A stretch of DNA of 60,692 bases, taken from assembly GCA_041165845.1 (NCBI GenBank), contig JBEAMR010000046.1, forward strand, positions 1 to 60,692, in the 5' to 3' direction. This stretch comes from Actinomycetota bacterium (lineage in GTDB: Bacteria; Actinomycetota; Actinomycetes; Actinomycetales; Microbacteriaceae). The translations under genes were made by a program, and so were the position numbers. Positions 1 through 10,100 of the stretch are shown here, in pieces (position 1 is the stretch's first letter; each line of letters begins with the position of its first letter). Below the pieces are notes generated by a model that searched no databases, was not told where the DNA came from, and saw nothing but the letters and a program-made list of their open reading frames with translations.

Positions 1-3000
1 TTGCAGCAACCGTTGGAGCAGATGCAGTTGCAACTGTCACTGGTGGAGACAATCTGCAAGTTGGAAACAACCCAGTGACTATCGATGTTGTTGCTAACTG
101 GACTGAAGATGTTCCAAACCCGAACTACACACCGGCGTTTGAGGACACTGACCTCACCGATGGAGACCAAAGCACTCCGGCAGTTGGAGAACCTACAATC
201 CCTCAGAGCTTCACAGACAATGAGTCATTTACTCTCACTCTGAACGTTGCTGCTTACGACTCATCACTTTCGGTATTCACAGTGAATGGATCTGCAGTTA
301 CTGATGGTGCAGTTGTAGATCTAGCTCCATACACAACTGCTGTTGATGTTGTTGCAACTGTTGCAGATGCAGTCCACTCTTCAGTAGTGGTAACTGGTGG
401 AACCGGTTTGGTCACAGGTGAGAACACCCTACGCGCGGTTGTTTCTGCAGCTGATGGAACCAGCACTACTTACACAGTTACTTTGAATGTTCCTGTTAGC
501 GATGACACCTCGGCTGTTATCACTGTCCAGGATGAAGAACTTATCAACGGTGAATCAATCGACGTCGACTGGGGTACAACCTCAGTGAACGTTGTTGTCA
601 CACCTACAGACTCAAACGCTACCTACGTTGTTAACGGTGCTACCGGTTTGACCACTGGAGACAACCTAGTTTCAGTGATCGTTACCGCGAAGGACGGTGT
701 ATCGACTGAGGAGACTCAGATCACAGTAACTGTTCTTCCAAACACCGACGCTTCGGTTGTAAGCCTCTCTGTTGATGGTGTGACTGTTGCAGACAACGAA
801 GTAGTAGCTGTTGCTGCGCTAACAACTGAAGTCGTTATCGACGTTGTAACCACTGACGAAGATGCAACTGTAGTTATCACAGGTGGCGAAGAACTTATCG
901 CCGGCGAGAACGCAGTGTCAATCCTTGTTACAGCTGCCGACGGTGTAACCACAATTGAGTACAACCTGACTCTAAACGTGGCATACAACACCGACACATC
1001 CCTTGCTGTATTCAACGTTGAAGGTTTTGATGTTGAGAACGCAGATCGTATCGACCTTGAGCCACTAACTACAGACGTGGCTGTAACAGTTGAGACCACT
1101 GACCCAGAGGCTTCATTCGAAATCGAAGGTGGATCAGATTTGGTTCCTGGCGAAAACGACCTTGTCGTTACAGTCACAGCTGCTGACAGCTTGACCACTG
1201 AGGTCTTCACCGTAGTTCTAAACGTGCTTCCAAACACCGACACTTCTCTAGTCACATTCAACGTGAACGAGGAAGCTGTCGATGATGGGGCAGTTGTTGA
1301 GGTCCCACCATTCACCACCGAAGTTGTTGTTGAGGTAGAAACAAATGACCCACTAGCAACATTCGTTGTCGATGGTGACCAGAACCTAATCGTGGGTGAA
1401 AACCAGTTGACAGTAATCGTTACTGCAGCAGACGAACTAACAACAATGGACTACACAGTCACAGTTGTTGTTGCTGAGAGCGACGACGCAAGCCTCAAGG
1501 AAGCGACTGTAACTTACATTGACGAGGCTGGCGCAACTCAGACTGCTCTAGTGGTTGATGGGGATGAGATTTTCCTTCCTTCAAACACCAACTCAGTTGA
1601 CGTTGCAGTCACACCGAACGACGCAGAGGCCACTTACGAAATCGTAGGCGACACTGACCTAGTCGTAGGTGAGAACGAACTTCTAATCACAATTACTGCT
1701 CCAGATGCAGTTGCGACAGAAGAGATCCGAGTAACCCTATGGGTTGCAGTTGGTGACGTAACCACTTCAAGCTTCACAGCCAACGGCGTTGAAGTTGAAG
1801 ACGGTATGGTCCTTGATCTAGAACCTGGAACCGAATTGGTTGAGGTTGTGGTCGAGACTACTGACCCTCTAGCAACTTACGAAGTTACTGGAGACTCAGA
1901 TCTAGTTCTAGGTGACACTAACCAGCTAGTTCTTACAGTTACATCAGTTGATGGCACCGTAAGCGCAACCTACACAGTTACCTTGAACGTGCTTCCATTC
2001 ACAGACGCATCATTCACAGGAATCACCGTAAATGGTGTTGACGTGGTTGAAGGCGAAGTGGTTGAAGTTGACGCCGGTGACCTAGACGTTCAGGTAGCAA
2101 CCACCAACGAGTTTGCAACTGTTGCAGTTGCTGGAACCGTTGTGGACGCTAGCGGCCGCCAGACACTTACCGTTACCGTAACTGCACAGGATGGCGAGAC
2201 CACAGAGACTCGTGAAGTAGAAGTCCTTGCTTCATCACCTCTTGAGATCGTTGCTGGTTCAGTACCGACTGATGGCACTATCCGAGTTGGCACCTACGCG
2301 AAGCTAACCAAGGACCAGTTCGCTGGTGCAAAGGTTACCTACCAGTGGCTAAATGACGGAGTTGAGATTGACGGAGCAACTGCTTACCGTTACCTACTAA
2401 CTCCAGATGACCTAGGTCACGAGATCCGCGCTCAGGTTATTGCAACTGTTGCTGGTGTCTCAAAGACCCTGATCTCTAAGCCAATCGAGTTCGAGGCCGG
2501 AATCATCAAGAAGGCTCCAACACCTGGTGTGAAGGGTAAGGCAGTAGTTGGTGGAACACTAACTGCAGTTGCCAGAACCTGGTCAGCCGATGTTGAGCTT
2601 GCATACCAGTGGTACGCAGATGGTTCAGCTATCGATGGTGCAACTGATGAAACCTTCGAAATCACTGCAGATCTAGTAGACGCAGCTGTTTCACTAGGTG
2701 TTACCGGTTCGCTATTCGGTTACACAACAGTAGAGAAGCTAAGTGCTGAGCTAACTGTAAAGCCAGGAACCATCCGCTTTACTGGTAAGCCAAGCATCTC
2801 TGGTGACCTAGTTGTTGGTGAAACCATCGAGCTAGATCCAGGCACATTGTCAATCGACACTGCAGAAGTGACCTATGTATGGTCACGCAGCGGTGAAGAG
2901 TTCGACAACACCGAGGCAACCTACACCTTGACCCCTGAGGACTACAAGAAGAGAATCTCAGTCAAGGTAGTAGCAATCGCTGAAGGTTACAACGAGGCAT

Positions 3001-3308
3001 TTGCAACTGTGAAGACTCTGTCAGTCAAGGCTGGAGAGCTAGCAGAAGTACCTACCCCGGTAATCTCAGGTGACGCTATCGTAGGCGAGACCCTAACCGT
3101 TGATCTTGGCGGAGACTACCCAGAAGAAACCGTCTTCAAGTACGTATGGTCTCGTGACTTCAAGGTCATCTCAGGTGCTGCTGAAGAGCTAACCCTAACC
3201 AACAGGGACCTAGGCAAGACAATCCGTGTACGCGTGATTGCAGTCATCCCTGGTTACAAGTCCACCAGCGTCCTTGCTGAGGGAGTTGTAGTGGTAGCTG
3301 CTGAATAG
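1..3308 (+). CDS. Large acidic surface protein, 5'-truncated: at least 8 tandem ~82-aa cadherin-like beta-sandwich repeats plus about 4 C-terminal Ig-like repeats
   Basis: Frame is open from base 3 (AATVGADAVATVTGGDNLQVGNNPV), so the true start lies upstream. Repeats D.SL..F.V.G...L..GEN.L.V.VTAAD..T...Y.V.LNV recur every ~246 nt (e.g. 741, 987, 1233). C-terminal repeats have YQW..DG..I.GAT...Y.LT..D.G..I.V.V. Confidence 0.8.
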   Translation, partial: AATVGADAVATVTGGDNLQVGNNPVTIDVVANWTEDVPNPNYTPAFEDTDLTDGDQSTPAVGEPTIPQSFTDNESFTLTLNVAAYDSSLSVFTVNGSAVTDGAVVDLAPYTTAVDVVATVADAVHSSVVVTGGTGLVTGENTLRAVVSAADGTSTTYTVTLNVPVSDDTSAVITVQDEELINGESIDVDWGTTSVNVVVTPTDSNATYVVNGATGLTTGDNLVSVIVTAKDGVSTEETQITVTVLPNTDASVVSLSVDGVTVADNEVVAVAALTTEVVIDVVTTDEDATVVITGGEELIAGENAVSILVTAADGVTTIEYNLTLNVAYNTDTSLAVFNVEGFDVENADRIDLEPLTTDVAVTVETTDPEASFEIEGGSDLVPGENDLVVTVTAADSLTTEVFTVVLNVLPNTDTSLVTFNVNEEAVDDGAVVEVPPFTTEVVVEVETNDPLATFVVDGDQNLIVGENQLTVIVTAADELTTMDYTVTVVVAESDDASLKEATVTYIDEAGATQTALVVDGDEIFLPSNTNSVDVAVTPNDAEATYEIVGDTDLVVGENELLITITAPDAVATEEIRVTLWVAVGDVTTSSFTANGVEVEDGMVLDLEPGTELVEVVVETTDPLATYEVTGDSDLVLGDTNQLVLTVTSVDGTVSATYTVTLNVLPFTDASFTGITVNGVDVVEGEVVEVDAGDLDVQVATTNEFATVAVAGTVVDASGRQTLTVTVTAQDGETTETREVEVLASSPLEIVAGSVPTDGTIRVGTYAKLTKDQFAGAKVTYQWLNDGVEIDGATAYRYLLTPDDLGHEIRAQVIATVAGVSKTLISKPIEFEAGIIKKAPTPGVKGKAVVGGTLTAVARTWSADVELAYQWYADGSAIDGATDETFEITADLVDAAVSLGVTGSLFGYTTVEKLSAELTVKPGTIRFTGKPSISGDLVVGETIELDPGTLSIDTAEVTYVWSRSGEEFDNTEATYTLTPEDYKKRISVKVVAIAEGYNEAFATVKTLSVKAGELAEVPTPVISGDAIVGETLTVDLGGDYPEETVFKYVWSRDFKVISGAAEELTLTNRDLGKTIRVRVIAVIPGYKSTSVLAEGVVVVAAE

Positions 3309-3327
3309 CACTCACCCTAACTAAGTG

Positions 3328-3360
3328 AAGGACCCCCAAAAATGGGGGTCCTTTTCTTTT
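3328..3360 (+). terminator. Intrinsic terminator after the surface protein gene
   Basis: AAGGACCCCC-aaaaat-GGGGGTCCTT followed by TTCTTTT. Confidence 0.85.
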
Positions 3361-3383
3361 GGAAGGAAAATTGGATAATTTTG

Positions 3384-3413
3384 TTGCAAAACCGCAATAA
3401 ACCCCTATAAGAT
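3384..3413 (+). promoter_or_regulatory. Putative sigmaA promoter of rpoBC
   Basis: TTGCAA-18 bp-TAAGAT. Confidence 0.5.
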
Positions 3414-3548
3414 AGAGGTTTGCTCCCCAACAACTCGTAAGCATATTTCGGCTGCGCTATTTTGCACGCATATTTTGGCGGCAATTGTTAGGGTGCCAAA
3501 TCCCATAGACCGTTTCAAACTAGTCAACCGCCTTTGAAGGGATATCTC

Positions 3549-6500
3549 TTGGCCACCAAGAAGAACACCAAAAACATCCGTTCCGCACAACGTCTATCGT
3601 TTGCTAAAACTCGCGAACCAATCGATCTACCTAACCTGCTAACCCTGCAGACCGAGAGCTTTGAATGGCTCGTTGGTGCAGATGCTTGGCGCAAGAAGGT
3701 TGGCCCAGACGCCAAAACCGGTCTAGATGAGGTTTTTGAAGAGCTAAGCCCTATCGAGGACAACCCAAACAATCCTGCAGAAGCGAAGATGGGCCTTGAG
3801 TTCAAGGAACCAGCGCTCGATGCACCTAATTTCACTCCAGATGAATGCAAGGTCAAGGGTAAGACTTACGCTCGCCCGCTATACATCAAGGCAGAGTTCA
3901 CCAACTACAAGACTGGTGAAATCAAGAGCCAAACTGTTTTCATGGGTGAATTCCCAATCATGACTAACGAAGGTACCTTCATCGTTAACGGAACTGAGCG
4001 TGTAGTTGTTTCTCAGTTGGTTAGATCTCCGGGTGTTTACTTCTCTGTTTCAACTAACACCACCGGTAACTTAGACGTTCGTAACAACAAGGCTCAGATC
4101 ATTCCATCTCGTGGTTCTTACCTAGAGTTCCTAACTGAATGGGTTAAGGATGACCGTAAGTCTGTCTCACGTTTCGGTAAGCCAATCCTTCAGGTTCAGG
4201 TTGACCGCAAGACCAAGGTTTCAGCAACCATCTTCCTAAAGGCTTTGGGTATGACTCGCGACGACATCATTGCTGCTTTTGCCGATGTTAAGGACGCAGT
4301 TACCTCAACACCAGGTTGGGAAATTGACGTTGACCTAATCAACAACACTCTTGACTACGACGAATCACGTGCATTCACAACTCCTGTTATCACTAAGGAA
4401 GATGCACTCAAGGAAATGTATCGCAAGGTTCGCGGAGAATCAGGTAACGCTGATGCTGCTGAAGCTTGGTTGAAGAGCGTTTACTTTGACAAGAAGAGAT
4501 ACAACCTTGCACGTGTTGGTCGTCACAAGCTAAACCGCAAGCTTGGTATCACTGTTGATGACAACACCACAGTTCTAACTCCAGAAGACATCGTTGCAAC
4601 CATGAAGTACTTGTTGGTGTTCGACTTGGCTCTGAAGAACAAGGCTGACATCACCAGCAACATGACCTTCGGTCTGAAGATGTCTGGCAAGAAGGTTGAC
4701 GTCAAGATCGCATCTGACGACATCGACGACTTCCAGAACCGTCGTATTCGCCCGGTTGGTGAATTGATCCAGAACCAGGTTCGTATTGGTCTAAGCCGTA
4801 TGGAACGTGTTGTTCGTGAGCGTATGTCTACGCAGGACGTTGAGGCTATTACTCCTCAGACCCTGATCAACCTACGTCCAGTTGTTTCAGCTATCAAGGA
4901 ATTCTTTGGTGCTAGCCAGCTGTCACAATTCATGGACCAGAACAACCCGCTTGCAGGTCTAGCTCACAAGCGTCGTCTATCAGCGCTAGGCCCTGGTGGT
5001 ATCGCACGTGAGCGTGCTCAAATGGAGGTTCGTGACGTTCACCCATCCCACTACGGTCGTATGTGTCCGGTTGAAACCCCAGAAGGTCCAAACATTGGTC
5101 TTATCGGTTCCCTAACTGCATATGCACGTATCAACACTTTCGGTTTCATTGAGACTCCATACAACAAGGTTGTAAATGGCAAGGTTTCAGGCAAGATCGA
5201 GTATCTAGATGCTGCTAGCGAAGACGGCAAGGTTATCGGTGGTGCAGATGTTCCACTGAACGCTGACAACACATTCGCTAACAAGAAGGTGTTCGCTCGT
5301 TTCAAGGGTGACGTTGTTGAAGTTGACAACGACCAGGTTGATTACATCGACATCTCACCTCGTCAGCTTGCATCTGTTTCGACATCTTTGATTCCATTCC
5401 TCGAGCACGACGACTCAAGCCGTGCTTTGATGGGTGCAAACATGCAGCGTCAAGCTGTTCCACTACTACGTAGCGAAGCTCCACTTGTCGGTACTGGAAT
5501 GGAACGTGCAGCTGCTATGGACTCTCACGCTGTTGTGCTTTCACGTGCAGCCGGTGTTGTTGAAGAAGTAGACGCAGATCACATTGTGGTTAGAGGCGAT
5601 GACAACTCACAGGAGAAGTACTTCCTGCGTAAGTTTGAGCGCTCAAACCAGGGAACTGCAATCAACCAGCGTGCAATCGTTTCTGTTGGTCAGAAGATCG
5701 AAGCAGGAGAGGCTCTTGCTGATGGTCCTTCAACCGATCAGGGTGAACTTGCTCTTGGTAAGAACCTTCTAGTTGCATTCATGCCTTGGGAAGGTCACAA
5801 CTTCGAAGACGCTATCATCATCAGCCAGGCTTTGGTGAAGGAAGACACTTTGTCTTCTATCCACATCGAAGCTCACGAGGTTGAGGCGAGAGACACCAAG
5901 CTAGGTAAGGAAGAGATCACTGCAGATCTTCCTAACGTATCCATGGAAGCTCTTGCTCAGCTAGACGAGCGTGGAATTATCCGCATCGGTGCTGAAGTTC
6001 GTCCAGGAGATATCTTGGTTGGAAAGGTAACACCCAAGGGTGAGACCGAGCTTTCAGCTGAAGAGCGTTTGCTAAGAGCTATCTTCAACGAGAAGAGCCG
6101 CGAAGTTCGCGACACTTCTTTGAAGGTGCCTCACGGTGAAGCTGGAACTGTTATCGATGTGAAGGTCTTCGACATTGAAGAAGACGAAATGGCTGCTGGT
6201 GTGAACCAGAGAGTTGTTGTTCACATTGCTCAGAAGCGTAAGATCACCGAAGGTGACAAGCTTGCTGGTCGTCACGGTAACAAGGGTGTTATTTCTAAGA
6301 TCCTTCCTATCGAAGACATGCCTTTCCTTGAAGATGGAACTCCGGTTGACATCATCTTGAATCCACTAGGTATCCCAGGTCGTATGAACTTCGGTCAGGT
6401 ACTTGAGACTCACCTTGGTTGGATTGCTAAGCAGGGTTGGCAGATCAAGGAAGGCGCTAAGTGGGCTCAGCACCTAGCCGAGGAACTGCACTCAGCAGCT

Positions 6501-7148
6501 CCTGGCACCAAGGTTGCGACACCTATCTTCGATGGCGCTCACAAGGACGACATCATCGGTCTGTTGGATTCAACTCTTCCAAACCGTGATGGACAGAAGC
6601 TTGTTGACAAGTCTGGTAAGGCAAGATTGTTCGATGGCCGCTCAGGTGAGCCATTCCCAATGCCTATCTCGGTTGGATACATGTATGTCTTGAAGCTTCA
6701 CCACTTGGTGGACGACAAGATCCACGCACGTTCGACAGGTCCTTACTCAATGATTACTCAGCAGCCATTGGGTGGTAAGGCTCAGTTCGGTGGTCAGAGA
6801 TTCGGTGAGATGGAAGTTTGGGCTCTGCAGGCATACGGTGCTGCACACACCCTTCAGGAACTTCTAACCATCAAGTCAGATGACATCAACGGACGTATCA
6901 AGACCTACGAAGCCATCGTCAAGGGTGAGAACATTCAGGCTCCTGGTATTCCAGAGTCATTCCGAGTTCTTGCTAAGGAAATGCAGTCACTTGCTCTAAA
7001 CGTTGAAGTTCTAAACGCAGAAGGCACGATTGTTACCTTGAAGGATGACGAATACGAGCGCGACATGGCCACAGAGCAACTTGATGGCATCAACCTATCC
7101 CGTAACGAATCATTGTCTAACGACTCTGACGAGCCACTTTACTTCTAA
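3549..7148 (+). CDS. rpoB: RNA polymerase beta subunit (divergent)
   Basis: Motifs [40 protein letters not shown] start at 3549 chosen for the upstream GAAGG SD (the ORF track starts at 3534). Confidence 0.99.
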   Translation: MATKKNTKNIRSAQRLSFAKTREPIDLPNLLTLQTESFEWLVGADAWRKKVGPDAKTGLDEVFEELSPIEDNPNNPAEAKMGLEFKEPALDAPNFTPDECKVKGKTYARPLYIKAEFTNYKTGEIKSQTVFMGEFPIMTNEGTFIVNGTERVVVSQLVRSPGVYFSVSTNTTGNLDVRNNKAQIIPSRGSYLEFLTEWVKDDRKSVSRFGKPILQVQVDRKTKVSATIFLKALGMTRDDIIAAFADVKDAVTSTPGWEIDVDLINNTLDYDESRAFTTPVITKEDALKEMYRKVRGESGNADAAEAWLKSVYFDKKRYNLARVGRHKLNRKLGITVDDNTTVLTPEDIVATMKYLLVFDLALKNKADITSNMTFGLKMSGKKVDVKIASDDIDDFQNRRIRPVGELIQNQVRIGLSRMERVVRERMSTQDVEAITPQTLINLRPVVSAIKEFFGASQLSQFMDQNNPLAGLAHKRRLSALGPGGIARERAQMEVRDVHPSHYGRMCPVETPEGPNIGLIGSLTAYARINTFGFIETPYNKVVNGKVSGKIEYLDAASEDGKVIGGADVPLNADNTFANKKVFARFKGDVVEVDNDQVDYIDISPRQLASVSTSLIPFLEHDDSSRALMGANMQRQAVPLLRSEAPLVGTGMERAAAMDSHAVVLSRAAGVVEEVDADHIVVRGDDNSQEKYFLRKFERSNQGTAINQRAIVSVGQKIEAGEALADGPSTDQGELALGKNLLVAFMPWEGHNFEDAIIISQALVKEDTLSSIHIEAHEVEARDTKLGKEEITADLPNVSMEALAQLDERGIIRIGAEVRPGDILVGKVTPKGETELSAEERLLRAIFNEKSREVRDTSLKVPHGEAGTVIDVKVFDIEEDEMAAGVNQRVVVHIAQKRKITEGDKLAGRHGNKGVISKILPIEDMPFLEDGTPVDIILNPLGIPGRMNFGQVLETHLGWIAKQGWQIKEGAKWAQHLAEELHSAAPGTKVATPIFDGAHKDDIIGLLDSTLPNRDGQKLVDKSGKARLFDGRSGEPFPMPISVGYMYVLKLHHLVDDKIHARSTGPYSMITQQPLGGKAQFGGQRFGEMEVWALQAYGAAHTLQELLTIKSDDINGRIKTYEAIVKGENIQAPGIPESFRVLAKEMQSLALNVEVLNAEGTIVTLKDDEYERDMATEQLDGINLSRNESLSNDSDEPLYF

Positions 7149-7178
7149 GCGAACATCTAAGAGAACAGAGAAAAACAC

Positions 7179-10100
7179 ATGGACGTCGAAACATTTAGCT
7201 CCCTGCGAATTGGCCTTGCAACTTCAGATGACATTCGCTCATGGTCAAGTGGTGAGGTTAAGAAGCCTGAGACCATCAACTACCGCACCCTAAAGCCAGA
7301 GAAGGACGGCCTTTTCTGCGAGAAAATCTTCGGTCCTACCAAGGACTGGGAATGTTCTTGTGGAAAGTACAAGCGCGTTCGTTTCAAGGACATCGTTTGT
7401 GAGCGCTGTGGTGTTCAGGTAACCAAGTCTTCTGTTCGTCGTGAGCGCATGGGTCACATCGAACTTGCTGCCCCGGTTACCCACATCTGGTACTTCAAGG
7501 GTGTTCCTAGCCGTTTGGGTTACCTACTAAACATGGCTCCTAAGGATCTTGAGAAGATCATTTACTTTGCTGCCTACCGCGTCATGGAAATCGACCAGGA
7601 AGCTAAGGATCTTGACTGGGCTCTAATCAAGGATGACTACACCCAGCGTGTGAAGCAGACTCTTGACTCTCGTTTCGAAGAGATGATGGATGTTGCTAGG
7701 GATGACTATGACTTCCTAGTTGAAGCAGGCCTTGCTCTGCAGACTTCAGTAAAGATCTGGGAAGCTCCAGTTTGGGTTGACGCTCAGTTCGTAAAGAGCA
7801 TTGAGCAGATGATCAAGCTTGAGATTGATGACCCTAAGGGTTACCTTGACAAGCCTTTCACCCTGGAAGCAGGAGAAGGTAAGGATGGAGTTGCTCGTGA
7901 AGCAGCTGCACAGAAGGTTGTCAACACCAAGATCAACGACTTCCGCAAGAAGACCGAAAAGATCGTTCGTGAATACGCACGTCTAGAGCGTCCTAACTCA
8001 TTGCAGAAGGAGCACTTGGCTTGGCGTCAGTTCCTAGTTGCTGAAGAAGGCGAACTAATCCAGAACGACGTTCTATTCGATTACTTCGACTACTACTACG
8101 GTGACTACGTAATCACTGAAATTGGTGCTCTCGCAGTTCAGCAGGTTCTTGCAAAGTTTGACTTAGCTCAGGCCGCTGAAGAGCTCAAGAAGGAAATCGC
8201 TGACAACAAGGGATCAAAGCAGACTCAGGCAATTAAGCGTCTGAAGGTTGTCTCATCATTCCTACAGTCATCAACACCAACTACCTCAATGGTTCTTGAT
8301 GTTCTTCCAGTTCTTCCACCTGAGATTCGTCCGATGGTTCAGCTTGATGGTGGACGTTTTGCTACCTCTGACCTAAACGACCTTTACCGTCGTGTGATCA
8401 ACCGTAATAACCGTCTAAAGCGTTTCATTGATCTAGGTGCTGTGCCTAAGACCATCTTGAACAACGAAAAGCGCATGCTTCAGGAAGCTGTTGACGCACT
8501 ATTCGACAACGGTCGTCGTGGACGTCCAGTTACCGGTACCGGTAACCGCCCACTGAAGTCACTTTCTGACCTATTAAAGGGTAAGCAGGGACGTTTCCGT
8601 CAGAACCTTCTGGGTAAGCGCGTTGACTACTCAGGTCGTTCAGTAATCGTTGTTGGTCCTCAGCTGAAGATGCACCAGTGTGGTCTTCCTAAGTTGATGG
8701 CCCTCGAGTTGTTCAAGCCTTTCGTTATGAAGCGTCTAGTTGATCTGGGTATTGCTCAGAACATCAAGAGCGCTAAGCGTATGGTTGAGCGCAGCCGTTC
8801 ACAGGTTTGGGATGTTCTAGAAGAAGTTATTCGTGAGCGTCCAGTGCTACTAAACCGTGCACCTACTCTTCACCGTCTCGGTATCCAGGCGTTCGAGCCG
8901 CTACTGGTTGAAGGTAAGGCTATCCAGCTGCACCCACTAGTTTGTGCTGCGTTCAACGCTGACTTTGATGGTGACCAGATGGCTGTTCACCTACCGCTAT
9001 CTGTTGAAGCTCAGGCTGAAGCTCGTTTGCTAATGCTTGCATCAAACAACATCTTGAAGCCTTCAGATGGTAAGCCAGTTGCTACTCCTTCACAGGACAT
9101 GATCATTGGTCTTTACTACATGACTACAGTCAAGGAAGGTGGACTAGGAGAGGGCCGCGTTTTCGGATCTGTTGCTGAAGCTCAGCTTGCTTACGACGCT
9201 CACACACTAGATGTTCAGTCACTTGTGAAGATCCGTATTGACGGTGAAATCAAGGAGACCACTCTTGGTCGCACCCTCTTCGCTCAAACACTTCCAGAAG
9301 GATTTGTTTGGAAGGAAGAGAAGGTCGGTAAGAAGCAGATTAGCCAGATCCTAACTGAGATGGTTGAGCTACACGAGCGCGTAGACGTTGCTCAGGCTCT
9401 TGACCGCATCAAGGACGCTGGTTTCTACTGGGCTACACGTTCCGGTGTTTCAATGGCTATCTCAGATGCAAACTTCGACTCAGAAGGTAAGTTCGACAAG
9501 GCTCGTCAGCAGATGATTCTTGCTGGCGAAAAGGAACACACCAAGATTCAGGAGTCATTCGACCTAGGTGGTATTACTGACCTAGAGCGTCGTGACGAGC
9601 TTGGTGCTCTTTGGTTCAAGAGAACCAACGAGATCCAGGAACTGCTTCAGTCTGAAATTCCTCAGGGTAACGCAATCCGCATCATGGTTGAATCAGGTGC
9701 TCGTGGTAACTGGATCCAGATTCGTTCTGTTCTAGGTATGCGTGGACCGGTTGCAACATCTTCTGGTGACTTTGCTCCGATGCCTGTAAAGGGTAACTAC
9801 CTAGTAGGGCTTACCGCTAACGAGTACTTCATCAACGCAACCGGTGCTCGTAAGGGTAACGCTGATACTGCGATGAAGACCGCTGCTGCGGGTTACCTAA
9901 CTCGTCGTCTAGTTGACGTAGCTCAGGATGTTATCGTTCGCGATGCTGACTGTGAGACCACTCGCTTCCTAGAGAAGTCTCTAAAGGATGCAGATGGTAA
10001 CTGGGATGAGCAGAGCATCGACCTCAGCGTTATGCAGCGTAACCTAGCTGAAGACGTGAAGGTTGGATCCACCATTGTTGCTAAGCGCAATGACTCAATC

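Noticed and set aside
4890-5000. Possible rifampicin-resistance allele
   Set aside because: The Q513, D516, H526, S531 and L533 equivalents are wild-type; NNPLAGL is a normal variant for this group as I recall it.
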